The notes under the pieces are model-generated. The model searched no databases. It was not told where the DNA came from and saw only the letters and a program-made list of their open reading frames with translations. A program made the translations under genes and the position numbers. From NCBI GenBank assembly GCA_965250285.1, contig OZ252299.1:2560001-2624000 (forward strand): a stretch of DNA of 64,000 bases. Direction: 5' to 3'. Numbering within the stretch: position 1 is the first letter of the stretch; each line of letters begins with the position of its first letter. Below are positions 58,342 to 64,000 of the stretch, one piece after another. This stretch comes from Myxococcota bacterium. GTDB taxonomy: Bacteria; Myxococcota_A; UBA9160; UBA4427.

Positions 58342-59352
58342 TCAGCCGAGCTTCGCGGCTTCGGGGTCGAGGGTGATCCGCTTGCGTCCTGCCGGCGGAG
58401 CGGCGTCGGCCGCGCCGGGTGAGTAGAACTGCTTCACCCAGCGCCGGAAGGTCGAGAGCAGCTTGTCCTCTTCGCAGAACACGGGCTCCGAAAGATGCAC
58501 CTTGTTGGCCCACACGCGCCAGTCGTCCATCACGCCGCTCGTGATGTTGGCGATCCACTCTTCGCCGGCGACGTCGGCGAGGTTTCGGGTGCAGGTGAGC
58601 AGCCACCGCGAGACCGTGGTCTCGCGATCGATGGGCGACGTCGAGGAGTACATGTAGAGCCCGCAGCTCGGGATCCCGCGGCTCTCGACGCTGTTGAGCC
58701 CCATGTTCCACGTCTCGCGGATGAGCTCCATGTCGAACTCGCCGACGGGGGTCTCCTGGGTCGAGTACGAAACCGCGCGCATGCGCCGCCCGTCGTCGTA
58801 GAGCTCAACGTCGCTCGCGGGCACGTCGGTCATGCTGTGCACGTACTGGAAGTGCACCGGGTCGAGGTTGTTCTCGGCCATGTCCTGGATGTGCACCGGG
58901 ATCGTGACCTCGAAGTGCCGGGGCTCGATCCAATCCGCGTCGTTCAGCTGGGGCACCTCGGGAAAGTCCCACTCGGGCAGCTTCTCTTCGAGGTGGTACC
59001 AGACGAAGATCATCATGTTGCGCTCGACGACCTGCCAGCTGCGCACCTTCGCCTTCTGGGGGATGCGATCACAGTACGGGATGGTCGAGCACTGACCCGT
59101 CTCGCCGTCGTACTGCCAGCCGTGGAACGGGCAGCGGATGGTCTCGCCCATCACCCGGCCGCCCTCGCCGAGATGCGCGCCGAGATGGGGACAGTAGGCC
59201 GAGAGCACGCGCGCCTTGCCCGACCGCGTGCGGAAGAGCACGAGCTCGTGCTCGAAGTAGCGAATGCGCTTCACCTCGCCCGGTCCGACGTCGCGACTGA
59301 AGGCGACGGCATACCAGCCGTTGGGGATGCCCGGATCCTGATGCTCGATCAT
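58342..59352 (-). CDS. Rieske non-heme iron oxygenase (KshA/Neverland-like)
   Basis: CPHLGAHL...CPFHGW; ENNLDPVHFQYVH. Confidence 0.9.
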   Translation of the reverse strand: MIEHQDPGIPNGWYAVAFSRDVGPGEVKRIRYFEHELVLFRTRSGKARVLSAYCPHLGAHLGEGGRVMGETIRCPFHGWQYDGETGQCSTIPYCDRIPQKAKVRSWQVVERNMMIFVWYHLEEKLPEWDFPEVPQLNDADWIEPRHFEVTIPVHIQDMAENNLDPVHFQYVHSMTDVPASDVELYDDGRRMRAVSYSTQETPVGEFDMELIRETWNMGLNSVESRGIPSCGLYMYSSTSPIDRETTVSRWLLTCTRNLADVAGEEWIANITSGVMDDWRVWANKVHLSEPVFCEEDKLLSTFRRWVKQFYSPGAADAAPPAGRKRITLDPEAAKLG

Positions 59353-59430
59353 CGATCTTCCCTCTCGAGATCGCAGCGCGACGCGGTGGGGCTTGCGGCT
59401 TCGCACCCACCGACGTCGCACCGCGCGGTT

Positions 59431-60075
59431 TCAAGCGCTCGGTGGCGCCGTCGCAAACGCCCGCGCGAGAAACGCGGCGCTCGCCTGCGCGCGCTCGCGC
59501 ACGGGGTAGTCGGGCAGGTAGGCCCAGTTGAACGTCAGGGTGTAGTAGGTGCCCTGGAGCATCTCGGTCAGCGTCTCGACGTCGAGCGCCGGGTCGACGT
59601 CGCCGCGCTCGAGCCCGTCGACGACGAGGCCCTTGAAGGCGTCGTGCAGCAGGCGAGCGCGCTGGGTCTCGTCACCCACCGTGTGACCGACCGCGACGAT
59701 CTCGGCGAGCAGCTCGCGGTACATCGGCCCACGCTCGTCCATCTCGTCGACCAGCTCGCTGAAGAACGACGTGAGCTTGTCGGCGAGCGGCGCATCGCCG
59801 AGGCGCACCTCTTCGAGCGACTCGACGAGATACTCGAGCCCATCGATCGCAAAGCTCTCGAGCAGCTGCTTCTTGCTCGAGAAGTGATTGAAGAAGGTCT
59901 TCTCGGCGACGTCGGCCTGCTCACAGATCTCGACGATGGTCGTGGCGTCGATGCCGTGGGTCGCAAAGAGATCGCGCGCGGCGTCGAGAATGCGCTCGCG
60001 CACCTCGAGCTTGCGCCGCTCGCGACGCGAGAGAACGACCTCGGGCGGGGCTGTCGCGGGGGCGGGGGCCGACAT
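59431..60075 (-). CDS. TetR/AcrR family regulator
   Basis: RRERRKLEVRERILDAA, ADVAEKTFFNHF. Confidence 0.93.
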   Translation of the reverse strand: MSAPAPATAPPEVVLSRRERRKLEVRERILDAARDLFATHGIDATTIVEICEQADVAEKTFFNHFSSKKQLLESFAIDGLEYLVESLEEVRLGDAPLADKLTSFFSELVDEMDERGPMYRELLAEIVAVGHTVGDETQRARLLHDAFKGLVVDGLERGDVDPALDVETLTEMLQGTYYTLTFNWAYLPDYPVRERAQASAAFLARAFATAPPSA

Positions 60076-60134
60076 CGCGCTCAGCCTACCACATCCTTAC
60101 AGCTGACTGCATCGATTCACTGTGCTGAATTCTC

Positions 60135-61076
60135 TCAGTCAGCCGTACCGCCGCCCTCGCCCCCCAGGGTAGCCGCGCTGGCGTCCCCGGGTGGGCCAGC
60201 CGATTCGGGCGCCGCACGGCCGAGCAGCGGGATCGCGATGCCCGCCATCATCAACAGCCCGCCCGCGACCTCGCGCCACGAAGGCGGGGTCTCGAGCGCG
60301 ACCCAGGCAACGACCAGCGTGACGGGCGGCGCCGCCAGGGTCGCCAGGGTCGTGAGTCGGGCCTCGATCGTGCGGGATGAGAGCATCATGCAGAGCCGCC
60401 CCGCGAAGGGCCCGACGACGCCGGCCGCGACCGACCCGACGATCTGAGTGCTCGGCGCATCGAAGAGCGAGTCGGGGACGCCGTTCACGACGAACCACAT
60501 GCCGATCGCGAGCCAGAGCCGGACGCCGTTCACGGCGACGAGGTCGACCTGCTGCGCGAAGCGACGGGTCACGATCACCATCGAGCCGAAGAGACACGAC
60601 GCGACCACAGCCCAGCGCATGCCCACGGCGCCCGGGTGGAGATCGTCGAAGGGATCCTGCAGCACGAGCAGGCCGCCCAGGGCCACGATCAGCCCGATCC
60701 AGAAGCGCGCATTCACGCGCTCGCCCAGCAGCGGCCAGGCCACGAGCGCGACGAAGACCGCTTCGCTGCGCTGCACGACGGTCAGAACAGAGGGCGAGAT
60801 CGTCTGCACGGCCACGGCGCTCACGTGATTGCCGGCCAGGCTCAGCACCGCGAGCAGAGCCGCGACGATCCAGTCGAAGCGCCGCAGCGAGGGCAGGCTG
60901 CCGTGCTGCACGATCGTGACGGCCGTGCTCAGCACGGCGGCCGTCGTCAGCAGGAAGAGCGCGCTCACGGCCGGATCGCCGACCGCGTTCGCCGCCTTCC
61001 AGGGCACCGAGAAGAAGCCGATGCAGACCGCGCCGCAAAGGGCCCAGACGACGCCGGGGGGCTGGCTGGCTCGCAC
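60135..61076 (-). CDS. EamA/DMT family transporter
   Basis: About 10 TM segments in two repeats, WPLLGER, VALETP. Confidence 0.85.
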   Translation of the reverse strand: MRASQPPGVVWALCGAVCIGFFSVPWKAANAVGDPAVSALFLLTTAAVLSTAVTIVQHGSLPSLRRFDWIVAALLAVLSLAGNHVSAVAVQTISPSVLTVVQRSEAVFVALVAWPLLGERVNARFWIGLIVALGGLLVLQDPFDDLHPGAVGMRWAVVASCLFGSMVIVTRRFAQQVDLVAVNGVRLWLAIGMWFVVNGVPDSLFDAPSTQIVGSVAAGVVGPFAGRLCMMLSSRTIEARLTTLATLAAPPVTLVVAWVALETPPSWREVAGGLLMMAGIAIPLLGRAAPESAGPPGDASAATLGGEGGGTAD

Positions 61077-61155
61077 CGATTCGCCTCGTGCGTGGCCGCG
61101 CTGCGGCCGGAGAGGCGAGCTTAGGGCTGCGCCGCGACCCGCGAAAGCGACGGGC

Positions 61156-64000
61156 TCAAGCGGCCTCGCGCTCCGAGTCGGTCGCGTGCACGACGCGCGG
61201 GCGCCGCCGACCCTCGGGCTGGGGCTCGGGTCGGCGCGACACCAGCCGCAGCAGATCTTCGAGCACGAGGTACGAGCACGGCACGAGGAAGAGCGTGACG
61301 AAGCTCGAGAACACGACGCCGAACGCGATCGAGATCGCCATCGGGATCATGAACTTGGCCTGCAGGCTCGTCTCGAGCATCAGCGGCGTGAGGCCCGCGA
61401 ACGTCGTGAGCGAAGTCAGCAGGATCGCGCGGAAGCGCGCCATCCCCGCCTCGACCACCGCCTGCTCGAGCGCCCTGCCCTTCGCGATCAGCTGGTTCAC
61501 GTAGTCGACGAGCACGAGGCTCGCATTGACCACCACACCGGCCAGCGCGACCAGGCCGATCACCGAGTACATCGTCAGCGGGAACCCGAGCAGCAGGTGC
61601 CCCCACGCCGCGCCCACGAAGCCGAACGGGATCGCCGACATGATGATGAACGGCTGAAAGTAGGAGCCGAGCGGCACCGCGAGCAGCACGTAGATCACGA
61701 AGAGCGAGGCGCCGAGACCGATCAGCTGGGCGACCAGGAACTCGCGCTGCTGGGCCTGCTCGCCCTCGAACGCCCAGTGCACGCCGGGGAAGCCCGCGAT
61801 CGCTTCGTCGAGGACGCCCTTGTCGAGGTCGGCCACGATCTCGTTCGCATTGGCCACCGCCTGATCGACGTCGGCGGTCACGCTGACCACACGGCGCCGG
61901 TCGACGTGCTGGATCGTCGAGAAGCCGATCCCGAGGTCGACGTTGGCCACCCGCGAGAACGGCACCTCGCGCCCGTCGGCCGCGCGGATGCGCATGCGCT
62001 CGACGTCGGCGAGCGCGCGACGCTCGTCGGCCGGGTAGCGGACGAACACGTCGACCTCGTCCCGGCCGCGCTGGATCGTCTGCACCTCTTCGCCGTGGAA
62101 CGCCTGTCGAAGCTGACGCGCAAGGTCGCTCAGCGTCAGCCCGAGCGCCTCGGCCGACGGCAGGATCTGATACTCGAGCTCCTGCTTGCCGCCGCGGAAC
62201 GAGTCGCTGATGTCGAAGACGCCGTCGTAGCTCGCGAGTCGCTCACGCACCGACTCGGCCGCGAGCCGAAGCTGGTCGAGGTCGTGCCCCGAGAGCTCGA
62301 CCTCGAGGGCTGCGCCGGCCGACATCAGCTCACTCTTGAAGCTGAGCTCGACGGCACCGGGGATCTCACCCGCGGTCTCTCGCCATCGCTTGACCAGATC
62401 GAGCACACCGACGTCGCGGTCCTTGCTGCCGACGACCTGCACCTGGATCTCGCCGAGGTGACCCGCCGAGGCCCCCCCGCCCGACATCATGCTGCCGCTC
62501 TCGCCGAAGGGCTGCTCGCCAAGCGACATCGCGACATGTGTGAAGACGCTGGGCCCGTCGCCCCCGCGCTCTTCGTCGGCCTCTCGCCGCACGTGCTCGA
62601 GCGCGTCTTCGAGGTGTCCGAGCGCCTGCCCGGTCACGTACGACGGCGTGCCCTCGGTCATCGTCAGCTGGGCGATCATGAAGTCGCCTTCGACCGCCTG
62701 ATGGAAGACGAACTTGAGCCAACCGGCCGAGATGATGCCGCCCGTAAAGATGAGCAGCGCGGTCCCGAACGCGAGCGTCAGGTAGCGCCACTCGAGCGCG
62801 ACCTTCAGCGCCGGCTTGTAGCGCTTCTCGATCACGTACTTGAGGCCGGCGGCGACCTTCTCCTGAAATCTGCGCCAGGCGCGCGAGACCCGCGTCGTGG
62901 GTGTGTGATCGAGCGGCTTCTTCCCGTGCGCGAGGTGAGCAGGCAGGATGAACATCGACTCGAAGAGCGAGAAGAGCAGACACGCGATCACGATCATCGG
63001 CACGTATCGCGTCATCCGGCCCATCGGCCCCGGCAGGAAGAGCAGCGGCGCGAAGGCGGCGATCGTCGTCAGCACACCGAACGTGACCGGCACGACGATC
63101 GTCTGCGCGCCCTCGATCGCGCCGCGCAGCTTGTCCTTCGTCTTCTCCTGGTGCGTGTGGACGTTCTCGCCCACCACGATCGCGTCGTCGACCACGATGC
63201 CGAGCACGACGATGAAGCCGAGCAGCGAGATGTAGTTGAGCGTCAGGTCGAACGCGGGCATCACGGCGACCGCGCCCAGGAACGAGATCGGGATCCCGAG
63301 GCTCACCCAGAGCGCGAGTCGCAGGCGCAGGAAGAGGGAGAGGATCAACACGACGAGCAGGAACCCGCCGCGAGCGTTGCGGATCATGGTGTCGAGGCGC
63401 TCCGCGAGCACCGTCGACTCGTCGTTCCAGACCGTGAGCTGGATGCCCTCGGGCAGCGTGTCCTGGGCGGTCGCGATGTAGTCGTGGACCGAGGCCGCAA
63501 TCGCGGGCGTCTTCTGGTCGCCCACACGGCCGACGTCGACGTGAACGGCGGGCAGACCGTCGAACCGCGCCGCGAGATCACTCTCGGCAAAGCCATCGAT
63601 CACCGTGGCGACGTCTCCCACGGTGAGGCGCGTGCCGTCGGCCCGCGACACGAGCGCGATGCGCGCGAAGTCGTCGGACGAGTAGGCCTGCCCCTTCGCG
63701 CGCAGCAGGATCTCGCCGCCGTCGGTCTTGATCGAGCCGCCCGGCAGATCGAGCGATGAGCGACGCACGGCGGCGGCGACGTCGTCGAAGGACAGGTCGT
63801 AGCGGCGCATCGCGTCTTCGGAGAGCTCGATCGAGATCTCGTAGTCGCGCGCGACGGCCAGCTCGGCCTCGCTGATGCCCGGCCGCGCGACGAGCTCGTC
63901 GCGCACGCGCTGGGCGATCCGCTTGAGCGTCCACTCGTCCGTCCGCCCCGCGACGGCGACCGTCAGCACGCGCTTGTCGATCTCGACCTGCTTGACCGTC
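61156..64000 (-). CDS. RND permease (AcrB/AcrD/AcrF family), 5' end outside the window
   Basis: GIVVDDAIVVGEN, GVVVNASLVLVD, RFRAILLTSLTT. Confidence 0.93.
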   Translation of the reverse strand, partial: TVKQVEIDKRVLTVAVAGRTDEWTLKRIAQRVRDELVARPGISEAELAVARDYEISIELSEDAMRRYDLSFDDVAAAVRRSSLDLPGGSIKTDGGEILLRAKGQAYSSDDFARIALVSRADGTRLTVGDVATVIDGFAESDLAARFDGLPAVHVDVGRVGDQKTPAIAASVHDYIATAQDTLPEGIQLTVWNDESTVLAERLDTMIRNARGGFLLVVLILSLFLRLRLALWVSLGIPISFLGAVAVMPAFDLTLNYISLLGFIVVLGIVVDDAIVVGENVHTHQEKTKDKLRGAIEGAQTIVVPVTFGVLTTIAAFAPLLFLPGPMGRMTRYVPMIVIACLLFSLFESMFILPAHLAHGKKPLDHTPTTRVSRAWRRFQEKVAAGLKYVIEKRYKPALKVALEWRYLTLAFGTALLIFTGGIISAGWLKFVFHQAVEGDFMIAQLTMTEGTPSYVTGQALGHLEDALEHVRREADEERGGDGPSVFTHVAMSLGEQPFGESGSMMSGGGASAGHLGEIQVQVVGSKDRDVGVLDLVKRWRETAGEIPGAVELSFKSELMSAGAALEVELSGHDLDQLRLAAESVRERLASYDGVFDISDSFRGGKQELEYQILPSAEALGLTLSDLARQLRQAFHGEEVQTIQRGRDEVDVFVRYPADERRALADVERMRIRAADGREVPFSRVANVDLGIGFSTIQHVDRRRVVSVTADVDQAVANANEIVADLDKGVLDEAIAGFPGVHWAFEGEQAQQREFLVAQLIGLGASLFVIYVLLAVPLGSYFQPFIIMSAIPFGFVGAAWGHLLLGFPLTMYSVIGLVALAGVVVNASLVLVDYVNQLIAKGRALEQAVVEAGMARFRAILLTSLTTFAGLTPLMLETSLQAKFMIPMAISIAFGVVFSSFVTLFLVPCSYLVLEDLLRLVSRRPEPQPEGRRRPRVVHATDSEREAA

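Noticed and set aside
8111..63759. Long antisense ORFs (8111-10195, 16765-19695, 47810-50437, 58495-60447, 60829-63759 and similar)
   Set aside because: Typical high-GC shadow frames opposite well-supported genes, with no recognisable motifs.

Overview
GC-rich bacterial chromosome segment, organism not identified. An intact tmRNA gene (ssrA, 45432-45799, minus strand, tag ADDNYALAA) divides it. To its right (45.9-64 kb) are chromosomal-looking genes: sulfatase-like proteins, a TPR protein, surface proteins, an amidohydrolase, a Rieske oxygenase, TetR, EamA and an RND pump. To its left is a tandem array of at least four cargo units. Junctions at ~42500, ~21900 and ~3721 each carry a copy of the ssrA 3' end inside a conserved att-like architecture: paired GTGCCTCA repeats 43 nt from the core, a hairpin, and an IHF-like box. 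Unit 1 (~2.9 kb) holds TetR, an SDR and two small proteins. Unit 2 (20.6 kb) holds Czc, Cus, CopA, CsoR and ArsR metal-resistance genes. Unit 3 (~18.2 kb) holds five P450s, a BVMO, an MBL-fold protein, a ferritin-like protein, thioesterases and a frameshifted RND pump. Unit 4 is cut by the window edge. It encodes a ComEC-like MBL hydrolase ending in Gly, coupled to an ORF absent from the supplied track that I translated by hand as one E2-E1(ThiF)-JAB-patatin fusion. I found no integrase in any complete unit. The two main candidates for novelty are this integrase-less ssrA cassette array, with nested tRNA-Arg-derived sites, and the ubiquitin-like conjugation/phospholipase putative defence module. 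All family calls rest on motif recognition; no database search was run.
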